A stretch of 64,000 nt of DNA, taken from contig JAJXWQ010000006.1 of NCBI GenBank assembly GCA_021781555.1, positions 1,560 through 65,559 of the forward strand, in the 5' to 3' direction. Under the pieces are notes generated by a model, which saw nothing but the letters and a program-made list of their open reading frames with translations, made no database searches and was not told the origin of the DNA. Shown one piece after another: positions 1 through 9,634 of the stretch. This DNA is from a bacterium. GTDB taxonomy: Bacteria; Cyanobacteriota; Sericytochromatia; S15B-MN24; VGJW01. The position numbers were made by a program, and so were the translations under genes. Numbering within the stretch: position 1 is the first letter of the stretch; every line of letters starts with the position of its first letter.

Positions 1-249
1 CATCCGCCGGATCGCGCGAGCTCGACCTCGAGCGCGATCGCGAGCCTGGTGCGAGTTCGGCGTTGACCCGCCCACGACGCGGTGGTAGCCTTGTTAGGCT
101 CGATTGCCGGGTCCGCCGGACTGGCGCACGGCATGCAGCGAGCGCGCCATACGGGAGCTGGCGAAGCCTGCCTTCATGCCCATCTTCAAGGGGGCGGTCG
201 GTTCCCGCTGCTGGTTCTAGCTGACGATCCCTAGTCGAGGAGTTTTTGA

Positions 250-1275
<1,026 letters not shown>

Positions 1276-1357
1276 CCCGAAAGCTGACCGTGCATCCAGG
1301 CGTTCACTTCCGGGACCTCCCGGAGGTGAACCGCCGCTTTGAGCGAGGGACTTGTTG

Positions 1358-2593
1358 ATGGTGTCCTTTCGTCGGCTCGATTCCTTGACGGACTCGGACC
1401 TCCGCGGCAAGCGGGTCCTGGTGCGGGAGGATCTCAACGTGCCCCTGGCGGTGCCAGCCGAGGGAGTGGGCGCGGGGACGCCGTTCATCACGGACGACAC
1501 GCGCATCCGGGCGGCGCTGCCGACCCTGCGCTACCTGCGGGATCACGGGGCCCGCGTGATCGTTGCTTCTCACCTCGGACGTCCCAAGGGGGCGGATCCC
1601 AAGCTCTCGCTGGCTCCGATCGCCGCTCGGCTCTCGGAGTTGCTCGGAGTGGCGGTGCGCCTGGCTCCGGATTCGGTCGGACCCGAGGTCCTCGGGCTGG
1701 CAAGCGCACTGTCGGACGGCAGCGTGCTGCTGCTGGAGAACATTCGCTTCCACCCCGAAGAGGAGAAGAACGATCCTGCGTTCGCCCGTCAACTGGCGGA
1801 GCTGGCGGATCTCTACGTCAACGACGCCTTCGGAACCGCGCACCGTGCCCACGCTTCGACCGAGGGGGTGGCGCACTGCCTTCCTGCGGTGGCCGGGTTC
1901 TTGATGAGCCGGGAACTCGAGGCCCTGGGGCAGATCCTGGAGCAACCCCGGCGCCCGTTCTGGGCGATCATCGGCGGCGCCAAGGTCTCGACCAAGATCG
2001 GCGTCATTCGCCACCTCGGGGCCAAGGTCGATGGCCTGGTCATCGGCGGGGCCATGGCATTCACCTTTCTCAAGGCCCAGGGCCACGCCACGGGCAAGTC
2101 GCTGGTCGAGGCGGACCAGATCCCGGTGGCCCGGGAAATCCTGGCTGACCTCGAACGGCGGGGCGTGCCGCTGCTGCTCCCGGTGGATAGTGTCGTGGCG
2201 CCCAGTCTGGATGGTCCGGTCGCGGGCGTGGTGGGGCTGGATATCCCGGACGATTTGATCGGGGTCGACATCGGTCCCGCATCGATCGAGGCCATCCGCC
2301 AGGCCCTGGCATCCGCACGGGCGATTCTCTGGAACGGACCGATGGGGGTTTTCGAGCACCCCGATTTCGCCAAGGGGACGCTCGCGGTGGCGAGGATGCT
2401 GTCGGAGTACACCCGCGCCGGAGCCACGACGGCGGTGGGCGGCGGCGATTCGGTGGCGGCCCTCGAGCAGTCGGGTGAGGCCGAGCACGTCACGCACGTG
2501 TCGACCGGCGGCGGGGCCTCGCTGGAGTTCCTCGAAGGCCGCGTGCTGCCCGGCGTGGCGGCGCTTTCCCAGCAGGAAGCCCGGCGTTCGTGA
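1358..2593 (+). CDS. pgk: phosphoglycerate kinase
   Basis: Motifs KRVLVREDLNVP, SHLGRPKG, WNGPMGVFE and STGGGASLEFLEG. ATG 1358 is preferred (GAGGGA ~8 nt upstream) over the TTG 1352 track start. Confidence 0.95.
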   Translation: MVSFRRLDSLTDSDLRGKRVLVREDLNVPLAVPAEGVGAGTPFITDDTRIRAALPTLRYLRDHGARVIVASHLGRPKGADPKLSLAPIAARLSELLGVAVRLAPDSVGPEVLGLASALSDGSVLLLENIRFHPEEEKNDPAFARQLAELADLYVNDAFGTAHRAHASTEGVAHCLPAVAGFLMSRELEALGQILEQPRRPFWAIIGGAKVSTKIGVIRHLGAKVDGLVIGGAMAFTFLKAQGHATGKSLVEADQIPVAREILADLERRGVPLLLPVDSVVAPSLDGPVAGVVGLDIPDDLIGVDIGPASIEAIRQALASARAILWNGPMGVFEHPDFAKGTLAVARMLSEYTRAGATTAVGGGDSVAALEQSGEAEHVTHVSTGGGASLEFLEGRVLPGVAALSQQEARRS

Positions 2594-2677
2594 TCGAGAC
2601 CCCATGCGCGAACGCCCGGTGACTGCATCCATTCCTCGGCGACCGGAACCTGCCGGCGCCGTGACGAGGTCGTGACA

Positions 2678-3445
2678 TTGAGAGTCCCAATCATTGCCGG
2701 CAACTGGAAGATGAACAAGACCATCGGCCAGGCCCGGGAGTTCGTCCGCCGCTTGCCCGCCTCGGTCAAGTCCCGACGGGATCCGGTCGTCGTCCTCTGC
2801 CCGCCGTTCACGGCCATCGCCGCGCTGCGGGAGGATCTGGGCGGCACCGCGGTCCACGTGGGCGGACAGAACCTCGATTTCCACGAGTCGGGAGCCTTCA
2901 CCGGCGAGGTCGCTCCGGGAATGCTGGCCGACGCGGGCTGCAGCTACGTCCTCATTGGCCACTCCGAACGGCGGCAGTATTACGGCGAGAGCGACGGGAG
3001 CATCAACAAGAAGTTGCATGCCGCGCTCTCTCACGGACTCATCCCCATCGTCTGCGTGGGAGAGCGGGCCGAGGAGCGCGAGGTGCAGCTCACCGATAAC
3101 GTCATCATCGTCCAGGTCCAGCGCGCCCTCCTCAACGTGCCGCCCGAGCAGGCCGGAACTCTCTGCTTCGCCTACGAGCCGATCTGGGCCATCGGCACGG
3201 GCAAGACCTGTGATGCCAAGGAGGCCAACCGCGTGTGCGGCATCATCCGCGAGACCGTGGCGCGGCAGATGGGCCCCGGGCCGGCCGACGACGTGCGCAT
3301 CCTGTACGGTGGCTCGGTCAAGCCCGACACGATCGCCGAGCAGATGGCCCAGCCACACATCGACGGCGCCCTGGTGGGCGGGGCCTCCCTGGATCCCGTG
3401 TCCTTCACCCAGCTCGTCGAGTTCCGCGGCGCCGGGGCTGCCTAG
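2678..3445 (+). CDS. tpiA: triosephosphate isomerase
   Basis: Motifs IIAGNWKMN, IGHSERR, AYEPIWAIGTG and GGASL. TTG 2678 gives the canonical MRVPIIAGNWKMN N-terminus with GAGG 8 nt upstream; GTG 2672 (track start) is also possible. The stop TAG 3443-3445 lies inside the CTAG end of a repeat element. Confidence 0.93.
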   Translation: MRVPIIAGNWKMNKTIGQAREFVRRLPASVKSRRDPVVVLCPPFTAIAALREDLGGTAVHVGGQNLDFHESGAFTGEVAPGMLADAGCSYVLIGHSERRQYYGESDGSINKKLHAALSHGLIPIVCVGERAEEREVQLTDNVIIVQVQRALLNVPPEQAGTLCFAYEPIWAIGTGKTCDAKEANRVCGIIRETVARQMGPGPADDVRILYGGSVKPDTIAEQMAQPHIDGALVGGASLDPVSFTQLVEFRGAGAA

Positions 3446-3547
3446 GGTGCTCCTGGTTTGAAGCGATCGGCCCGAGGCGGCGAACGGGGCTCGGTTGCGC
3501 CGCGCAGCGACCGCGCCGGGGATTCCTTCCAAGTGAAGAAGATCTGG
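3442..3547 (-). repeat. CTAG-bounded hairpin repeat (MITE/REP-like), single diverged copy filling the tpiA-gpmI spacer
   Basis: ctagggtgctcctggtttgaagcgatcggcccgaggcggcgaacggggctcggttgcgccgcgcagcgaccgcgc... aligns by eye over ~75 nt with the copy at 12489-12596. It is the reverse complement of the 48000-48210 copies. Confidence 0.7.
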
Positions 3548-3599
3548 ACATCCCGGTGCATCGAGTGGATTCCGGAGCTCCGATCTGCCTGAGGTGAGC

Positions 3600-5141
3600 A
3601 TGAACAAGTCTCCCATCGTCCTGATCATCCTCGACGGTTTCGGCATCAATCCCGATCCCGATGCGCCGGCCAACGCGATCAAGCTGGCGCGCAAGCCCCA
3701 CCTGGACCGGTTGATCGCCACCTATCCGCACGGCCAGATCCCGACCTCGGGAGAGTCGGTCGGTCTGCCGCCCGGGCAGATGGGCAATTCGGAGGTCGGC
3801 CACCTCAACATGGGTGCCGGCCGGATCGTCTACCAGGACCTGACGCGGATCGACAAGGCCATCCACGATGGGGATTTCTTCGACAACCCGGTCCTGCTCG
3901 AGGCGATGATCCACGCCCGTGCCCGGGGTACGGCTCTGCACCTGATGGGCCTGGTATCGGATGGCGGTGTCCACAGCCACATCGAGCACCTGATCGCCAT
4001 CCTCGAGATGGCCCGGCGCAGCGAGGTCTCCACGGTCTGGATCCACGCGTTCACGGACGGCCGCGATCGCCCGCCCACGTCCGGCGCAGGCTACCTCGCG
4101 ACCCTCGAGGCGGCCTGTGCGCGCATCGGCGTCGGGCAGGTCGCCACGGTGTCGGGGCGTTACCACGCCATGGACCGCGACAAGCGCTGGGATCGCGTCG
4201 AGAGGGCCTGGCGCGCGATGGTGCTGGGGGACTCGCCGTACCACGCGCCCAGCGGAGCCCGGGCCGTGGAGATGGCTTACGAGCGCGGCGAGACGGACGA
4301 GTTCATCCTGCCGACCGTCTGTGCCGAGGCCGGGCGCATCGCCGCTGGCGACAGCATCATCTTCTTCAACTTTCGGGCGGATCGAGCCCGCCAGATCACC
4401 CGGGCGATCGCCCTGGATGACTTCGACGGCTTCGAGCGGCCGGTTCGCCCTCACGTGCACTTTGCCTGCATGACCGAGTACGACGTCACGTTTGGCCTGC
4501 CGGTCGCCTTCGCGAAGCAATCCCTCGATCGCATCCTCTCGCCGGTCGTGGCGGATGCGGGCCTGCGCCAGCTCCGGTGCGCGGAGACCGAGAAGTACGC
4601 CCACGTCACCTTCTTTTTCAACGGCGGCATCGAGAAACCCTACGCGGGCGAGGAACGCGTCCTGATCCCCTCGCCCAAGGTGGCTACCTACGACCTCCAG
4701 CCCGAGATGAGCGCGTTCCAGGTCGCCGACACCGCCGTCGAGTGGATCCTGGCGCGCCGCGCCGACCTCATCGTGATGAACTTCGCCAACGCCGACATGG
4801 TCGGCCACACCGGAAAGCTGGAGCCTGCGATCCGGGCGATCGAGGTCGTTGACGAGTGCGTCGGTCGCGTGGTGCGGGCGGTCGAGCAGGTGGGGGGAGC
4901 GGCCCTCATCACGGCCGACCATGGCAATGCCGAGATGATGCTGGATCCCCGGACCGGCCAGCCGCACACCGAGCACACCCTGTTCCCGGTTCCCACGCTG
5001 CTGGTCGGATATCCGGCTGGTTTGCGCGAGGGGCTGCTCTGTGATGTCGCTCCGACGCTGCTCGAGTTGCTGCGGCTCGACAAGCCGCCCCAGATGACGG
5101 CCAGCAGCCTGCTGGTCCCGCAGGGCGCCGCGATCCGCTGA
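3600..5141 (+). CDS. gpmI: 2,3-bisphosphoglycerate-independent phosphoglycerate mutase
   Basis: About 513 aa. Motifs [42 protein letters not shown] and [12 protein letters not shown] 3600 (track start is GTG 3594). Confidence 0.95.
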   Translation: MNKSPIVLIILDGFGINPDPDAPANAIKLARKPHLDRLIATYPHGQIPTSGESVGLPPGQMGNSEVGHLNMGAGRIVYQDLTRIDKAIHDGDFFDNPVLLEAMIHARARGTALHLMGLVSDGGVHSHIEHLIAILEMARRSEVSTVWIHAFTDGRDRPPTSGAGYLATLEAACARIGVGQVATVSGRYHAMDRDKRWDRVERAWRAMVLGDSPYHAPSGARAVEMAYERGETDEFILPTVCAEAGRIAAGDSIIFFNFRADRARQITRAIALDDFDGFERPVRPHVHFACMTEYDVTFGLPVAFAKQSLDRILSPVVADAGLRQLRCAETEKYAHVTFFFNGGIEKPYAGEERVLIPSPKVATYDLQPEMSAFQVADTAVEWILARRADLIVMNFANADMVGHTGKLEPAIRAIEVVDECVGRVVRAVEQVGGAALITADHGNAEMMLDPRTGQPHTEHTLFPVPTLLVGYPAGLREGLLCDVAPTLLELLRLDKPPQMTASSLLVPQGAAIR

Positions 5142-5284
5142 GGCTTTGCCGGGGCGGATCGGGCCAACGGGCGCAACATAACGCATGGTCCCCGGCCAGA
5201 TCGGTCGGTCGGCAGGGAATAAGATTTCATGGCGGGAACGGGATCTCGCCGTATTTCCCCGCTCAAGGCAAGGAGGTCTCGAAC

Positions 5285-5449
5285 ATGGGGGTTTCCGCAG
5301 TCGGAGTCAGCCCAGCCCTGGTGGCTTCGAGCCAGACGGGCATCGCGGTCCAGGTCAAGGCCCAGGATGCGGCCAAGATCGAAGGCGAGGGCATCCTCAA
5401 GATGATCTCGCCGCCCGGGACCGGGCAGAACGTGAACGCCCTGGCGTAA
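5285..5449 (+). CDS. small YjfB-like putative motility protein (54 aa)
   Basis: Below the ORF-track length cutoff. Translation: MGVSAVGVSPALVASSQTGIAVQVKAQDAAKIEGEGILKMISPPGTGQNVNALA. AAGGAGG lies ~8 nt upstream of the ATG and GC3 is strong. Length and pattern (central Gln/Val/Lys-rich helix, C-terminal G-x-N-[VI]-x-x-x-A) resemble the YjfB_motility family. Convergent with fliR. Confidence 0.45.
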   Translation: MGVSAVGVSPALVASSQTGIAVQVKAQDAAKIEGEGILKMISPPGTGQNVNALA

Positions 5450-5461
5450 GGCTTCGTTTGA

Positions 5462-5524
5462 GGCCCGAGCCGGCATCGAGCCGGGCTCGGGCCTCAATTC
5501 GAGAGAGGGGCAGCGGCCCCTCTC
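5462..5524. terminator. two GC-rich hairpins between convergent genes (putative bidirectional terminator)
   Basis: ggcccgagccgg/ccgggctcgggcc (5462-5493, one bulge) and a perfect 9-bp stem gagaggggc-agcg-gcccctctc (5503-5524). No clear U-tract. Confidence 0.4.
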
Positions 5525-5564
5525 AAGTCACAGCCCGAGCTTTGCGAGGGAGCCTACCCCCCGG

Positions 5565-6410
5565 TCACGGCCCCGGCGGCGGGCTGGGGGTGGGCGTCGG
5601 AGCCGGGGTCGGCTGGACCTGCGCCAGCACGAGCGCCTGGGTTTCCAGGAGGAGCCGGTCGGACCACTGACCGACCGCCGAGACGACATTCGGGACCATC
5701 AAGGCCATGAGGACGAAGCCCACCGTGGGCTTGACGTTCATGACGATCTGCAAGATGTTCGAAACCGACGGGGCGGCCCGGTTGATGATCCCGAGGCCGA
5801 AGTCCACCAGGAACATGACGACGATCGCCGGCATGGCCAGCTGGATCGCGATGTAGAAGAAGTCCAGGACGATGTTGCCCGCGTGATTCCAGACGTCGAG
5901 GTTCAGCTGGAACCCGCCCAGGGGCACGAGCTGGAAAGTCTGGTAATAGGCTGAAAGAAACCATAGCTCGCCCCCGATGGCCAGGAACGCCGTCTGGGAC
6001 AGGTAGAAGAAGAGGTTGCCGACCGCCGTCGTCTGCATGTGCATGCTGGGGTTGAGGGTCGTCATCATCGAGAGTCCGGTGGCTGTCGCAACCATCTCTC
6101 CGGCGGCCTGGAAGGCGTAGAAGAGGATCATCGCGGCCATTCCGAAGAGGTAGCCCGTCCCGAACTCGACCAGAGCCGCCAGCACGAAGGCCAGCAGCTG
6201 GTGCGGAACGGCCGGGGCGGTCTTGAGGGTCCAGAAGTACACGAGCGACAGTGCCAGGGCCAGGCCGGCGCGCACCATCCCCGGGACCGTCTTCGCCCCG
6301 ATGATGGGCGCCTGCTGCAACACGCCGATCGTCCGAACCATGATGAGCGCGAAGACCGGTGCCGCCTGGCCGAGCAGGGCCAGCGCAGATTGCTCCCAAG
6401 CCTCGCTCAA
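5565..6410 (-). CDS. fliR: flagellar export apparatus protein FliR
   Basis: 281-aa polytopic membrane protein 4 nt downstream of fliQ. FliR-like pattern (APVFALIMVRTIGVLQQAPIIG...). Pro/Thr-rich C-terminal tail. Confidence 0.85.
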   Translation of the reverse strand: MSEAWEQSALALLGQAAPVFALIMVRTIGVLQQAPIIGAKTVPGMVRAGLALALSLVYFWTLKTAPAVPHQLLAFVLAALVEFGTGYLFGMAAMILFYAFQAAGEMVATATGLSMMTTLNPSMHMQTTAVGNLFFYLSQTAFLAIGGELWFLSAYYQTFQLVPLGGFQLNLDVWNHAGNIVLDFFYIAIQLAMPAIVVMFLVDFGLGIINRAAPSVSNILQIVMNVKPTVGFVLMALMVPNVVSAVGQWSDRLLLETQALVLAQVQPTPAPTPTPSPPPGP

Positions 6411-6413
6411 GGT

Positions 6414-6686
6414 CTAGTGCCCCAGCAGGCTGGGAATGGACCCGTAGAGTTCCTTGACGAAGCCCACCAGCGTCGCCAGCAGCCACGGTCCGGTGGCCAG
6501 CAGGACCCCGAAAACCGCCAGGGTCTTGGGCACGAAGGAGAGGGTCTGCTCCTGGATACTCGTCACCGTCATGATGAGGGCGACGATGAAGCCGACCAGC
6601 AAGCTGGTGAAGATGACCGGCGCACTCATGACGATGATCATGATGATGGCCTGCTGGGCAATGTGAATGACGGTTACGTCGCTCAT
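6414..6686 (-). CDS. fliQ: flagellar export apparatus protein FliQ
   Basis: 90 aa, two TM segments, canonical SIQEQTLSFVPK motif. Confidence 0.9.
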   Translation of the reverse strand: MSDVTVIHIAQQAIIMIIVMSAPVIFTSLLVGFIVALIMTVTSIQEQTLSFVPKTLAVFGVLLATGPWLLATLVGFVKELYGSIPSLLGH

Positions 6687-6737
6687 CTGGCGTCCCTTCG
6701 CGGTGCTCGGGCAGTTCGTGGCTGGGCCATCAGATCG

Positions 6738-7448
6738 TCACCGGAACGAGGACACGACGGCCTGTGCGATCAGGTGCCAGCCGTTGGCCAGTGTAAAGAT
6801 GAGGATCTTGACCGAGGTCGAGATCATCTGCGGCGGGAGCATGCTCATTCCCAGCGCCATCAGGACGTTGGCGACGACCAGGTCGATCACGAGGAAGGGA
6901 ATGTAGATGACGAAACCGATCTTGAACGAGGTCGTCAGTTCGCTGATCATGAACGCCGGGATGGCGACCTGCATCGGAACGTCCGCCGGGGTTCTGGGGT
7001 CGGGTTCGTGCGTCAGCCTCACGAAGAAGGCCAGCTCGTGTTCGTCGGTCTGGCGGATCATGAAGTCCCGCAGGGGGTTGACCGCGTCGGAGATCGCCGT
7101 GGCCTGATCGATCTGGCGGTGCAGGTAGGGCTGGATGGCGTTGTGGTCGATGGACGTCCAGACCGGGTTCATCGTGTAGATCGCCAGGAACAGGGCCAGA
7201 CCGATCATCACCGGATTGGGCGGGATCGTCTGGGTTCCCATGGCCTGCCTCAGGAAGCTGAAGACGATGACCGTGCGGACGAAGCTCGTGGTCATGATCA
7301 AGAGGAATGGCAGGATCGTGAGCATGGCCATGAAGATGATGAGCTGCATCGGGGTCGTCAGGCCCGGATGGTCGATCGGTGCCCGCAGGTCGATCTGGTT
7401 CAGCAGAGCTGCGGCCGCGGCGGACATCGGTGCCAGGAGTGCCGTCAC
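6738..7448 (-). CDS. fliP: flagellar export apparatus protein FliP
   Basis: Motifs TSFVRTVIVFSFLRQAMGTQTIPPN and PAFMISELTTSFKIGFVIYIPFLVIDLVVANVLMALGM. Confidence 0.93.
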   Translation of the reverse strand: MTALLAPMSAAAAALLNQIDLRAPIDHPGLTTPMQLIIFMAMLTILPFLLIMTTSFVRTVIVFSFLRQAMGTQTIPPNPVMIGLALFLAIYTMNPVWTSIDHNAIQPYLHRQIDQATAISDAVNPLRDFMIRQTDEHELAFFVRLTHEPDPRTPADVPMQVAIPAFMISELTTSFKIGFVIYIPFLVIDLVVANVLMALGMSMLPPQMISTSVKILIFTLANGWHLIAQAVVSSFR

Positions 7449-7488
7449 CTTGCGACCTCCCGGGCGAGCGGGCGTTCCAGGGTAGCCA

Positions 7489-7905
7489 TCATCCGCGCAC
7501 CTCCTGCTGCAACGACTGCTCGAAGTCTGGGCCCGGATCGAGCTCGGCCAGGGTGTTGATCGAATAGTTCGTCATGCCGACCAGGAATCTCCGCTTTCCG
7601 TGGCTCACGACGATGATCGACCGCTGGGGATCCACCGGCAGGCGTTCGTCGATCCGCAGGTCGCGCGCTCGCAATCCAAGACCCCCCGGCAGCGCCAGGC
7701 GTCCCTTGCCGAGTCGGGCGGCGACATAGGCCAGCAGCCCGAGCACGACCACGACCCCGAGGAGGTTGAGCGTGTACTGCCCCAGCCCGATATCGGGAAT
7801 GCCCGAGTTCAGTGGGCTGGAACTGGCCGCAGAAAGCCACGAGCCCTGGCGCGTGCCGGCTGCCGCGGCCAGGAGGCCCGACGCTGCGGCGGCGAAGGCG
7901 ATCAA
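7489..7905 (-). CDS. fliO: FliO-like flagellar protein
   Basis: 138 aa with a single TM segment (LLGVVVVLGLLAYVAARL), followed by LPVDPQRSIIVVSHGKRRFLVGMTNYSINTLAEL, typical of FliO. Lies between fliN and fliP. The TTG start overlaps the fliN stop (TTGA). Confidence 0.6.
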   Translation of the reverse strand: MIAFAAAASGLLAAAAGTRQGSWLSAASSSPLNSGIPDIGLGQYTLNLLGVVVVLGLLAYVAARLGKGRLALPGGLGLRARDLRIDERLPVDPQRSIIVVSHGKRRFLVGMTNYSINTLAELDPGPDFEQSLQQEVRG

Positions 7906-8240
7906 CTGAGGGCTCCCGACAGCTCGGACTGGTAGATCCGCGTGATCTTGATGCCGAAGTTGGCGCCGAGCACGACGACCTCCCCGTCGGCCACCACCTT
8001 CCCGGCGACGTAGACGTGCACGGGATCGCCGGCCAGCTGATCGAGCTCGATCACGCTACCCTCGACCAGCTTCATGACCTCGCGCAGCGGCAGGCTGGTG
8101 CGGCCGAGTTCGACCGTGACCGTCAGCCGGATGTCGCGCAGCAGGTCGAGATTGGAGCGAACGGGATCTCCACCACCGGCCGCACCGCCCAGCGGGCCAA
8201 AGCGGACCGAGCTGTAGGCTTGCTTTTCGAGGTCGGTCAC
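7902..8240 (-). CDS. fliN: flagellar motor switch protein FliN (SpoA domain)
   Basis: 112 aa. C-terminal IRLTVTVELGRTSLPLREVMKLVEGSVIELDQLAGDPVHVYVAGKVVADGEVVVLGANFGIKITRI. ATGA overlap with the upstream gene. Confidence 0.85.
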   Translation of the reverse strand: MTDLEKQAYSSVRFGPLGGAAGGGDPVRSNLDLLRDIRLTVTVELGRTSLPLREVMKLVEGSVIELDQLAGDPVHVYVAGKVVADGEVVVLGANFGIKITRIYQSELSGALS

Positions 8241-9631
8241 GAGGCGCCTCCCTTCAGGGCTTCAACCGTCCCGGACTCGAGCTTCACGACCTTGACGGCG
8301 ACGTGGTTTTCGTAGGCTGCCGGTCTCGACCGGCCGACGGTCCGGCCGTTGATGCAGAGGGCGACCGAGCCATCGGGATTCCTCGGCATCTCGAGCAAGG
8401 AGCCCTCTTCGAGCGTCAGCCAGTCCGCCAGCGATATCTCGAGCTGACCCAGCCGGGCGCTGATCTGCACGTAGACGCTCGAGAGCTGGCCCAGGGCCTG
8501 GTCGAAGGACAGATCGAAGTCGGGCTTGCGAGCCGAGAGCAGGTTGACCGCCTCGACCTCGGGCTCTTCGTCGTCGTTCGCAACCGCTGTCGGCGGGGTG
8601 AAGGCCGGCGGCGGAGCGTCCGTCAGGCCCATCTTCTGGACGAGGGCCTGGAGATCCCGCCCGAACGAGGACGCCAGCTGCTCGGTTTCCGCCACGAGGG
8701 CGCCGAAGTCGAGTTCGGGCATCTCGTTCTTGGGCAGCGGCGGGATCGTGACCTTCATCGGCGGTTCTTTCTCCGCCGGCTTGGGATCGGTGAACGCGAC
8801 GGTCACGTCGCCGCGCCCGAGAAAGACCATCGCACCCGCCAGTAGCCAGGAGCCCGAGACCAGCCCCATCGTGAAGGCGTGGTTGGGATCCGGGAGCGCG
8901 CCCAGGGCGTAGCGCAGGGCCAGGATCGTCTCGGGAGGGCTCGCGCTGCCGCTTGCGGCGGCAGAGACCGCCCAGATGATGACGAACCCGAAGCCGAAAC
9001 CCAGTGCCCAGCCGTAGTAGTAGCCGATGAGCGTCCGCAGCAGGGGCCAGAAACTGGCCGTACCGAATGGCTCCTGGCGCGGATCGAAGGCCTCCTTGCG
9101 CAGGGCCGACGCCAGCCCGGCACCGATGGCGAAGGCCGTGGCGTATCCCAGCGCGCCCCAGAGGGCTCCCCCGAAGAAGTTGGGGGCCAGGACCCACGGA
9201 CTGAAGGCCGCGACGGATGCAGTGCCGACCACCGGTTCGTGCAGGGCGAGCTTGGCCGCCAGTTGCAGCCAGCGCTGCGGGTGCTCCATCGCGTTGGGCG
9301 TGAGCTGGAGTGCCCAGCCCCCCGGCGTGCCCCAGAGGTTGAGCAGGCCGAAGAGAAAGAGTCCGGTCGCCACCGGCAGCGTCTTCCAGATGGAGGGTGC
9401 CGAGATGACGCTCTTGGGCACGGAACGGCGGTACATCAGGTGGTAGGCCAGGCTGGCCAGGAAGCCGGCGATCGCCACGAACCAGAGTCCGAGCACCACG
9501 ACGTGGAGCCCGGCTCCGCCGCGGGTGAGCATTGCCATGACCAGCAGCAGCGGCGCGATGCCGAGGATCAGCCCGAAGAGCTGCCCGCCCAGCCCCGGGC
9601 GGGGTCGACGGCGCGTTCTCTCCTCGGCCAT
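8237..9631 (-). CDS. polytopic membrane protein with a C-terminal SpoA (FliN/FliY-like) domain
   Basis: 464 aa. At least 6 hydrophobic segments in residues ~15-275, then a Pro/Glu-rich linker. The C-terminal VYVQISARLGQLEISLADWLTLEEGSLLEMPRNPDGSVALCINGRTVGRSRPAAYENHVAVKVVKL aligns with the FliN and FliM SpoA domains. Tightly packed between fliM and fliN. Confidence 0.7.
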   Translation of the reverse strand: MAEERTRRRPRPGLGGQLFGLILGIAPLLLVMAMLTRGGAGLHVVVLGLWFVAIAGFLASLAYHLMYRRSVPKSVISAPSIWKTLPVATGLFLFGLLNLWGTPGGWALQLTPNAMEHPQRWLQLAAKLALHEPVVGTASVAAFSPWVLAPNFFGGALWGALGYATAFAIGAGLASALRKEAFDPRQEPFGTASFWPLLRTLIGYYYGWALGFGFGFVIIWAVSAAASGSASPPETILALRYALGALPDPNHAFTMGLVSGSWLLAGAMVFLGRGDVTVAFTDPKPAEKEPPMKVTIPPLPKNEMPELDFGALVAETEQLASSFGRDLQALVQKMGLTDAPPPAFTPPTAVANDDEEPEVEAVNLLSARKPDFDLSFDQALGQLSSVYVQISARLGQLEISLADWLTLEEGSLLEMPRNPDGSVALCINGRTVGRSRPAAYENHVAVKVVKLESGTVEALKGGAS

Positions 9632-9634
9632 CGG

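Noticed and set aside
94-183. 29-codon minus-strand ORF (MGMKAGFASSRMARSLHAVRQSGGPGNRA) in the gap upstream region. A possible TTGACC-N17-TAGCCT promoter lies at 63-91.
   Set aside because: There is no Shine-Dalgarno sequence and no recognisable family, and the ORF is very short. The promoter-like hexamers would leave a 160-nt leader and cannot be supported from sequence alone.
3446-3599. Looked for secG or another small gene between tpiA and gpmI, as in many glycolytic clusters.
   Set aside because: The spacer is occupied by a copy of the hairpin repeat, and no plausible ORF is present.
1304-3721. 805-aa ORF antisense to pgk/tpiA. Similar long antisense or out-of-frame ORFs occur at 217-1506, 3405-5186, 6039-7559, 8879-10477, 10467-11759, 17033-18439, 20862-22040, 23247-24530, 24589-26235, 40425-43850, 43962-47453, 49425-51551, 51391-52773 and 58373-60610.
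   Set aside because: Their translations are Arg/Gly/Pro/Ala-rich with no motifs. They lie opposite genes with unambiguous family signatures and the correct GC3 phase. This is the typical stop-codon-poor artefact of GC-rich DNA.
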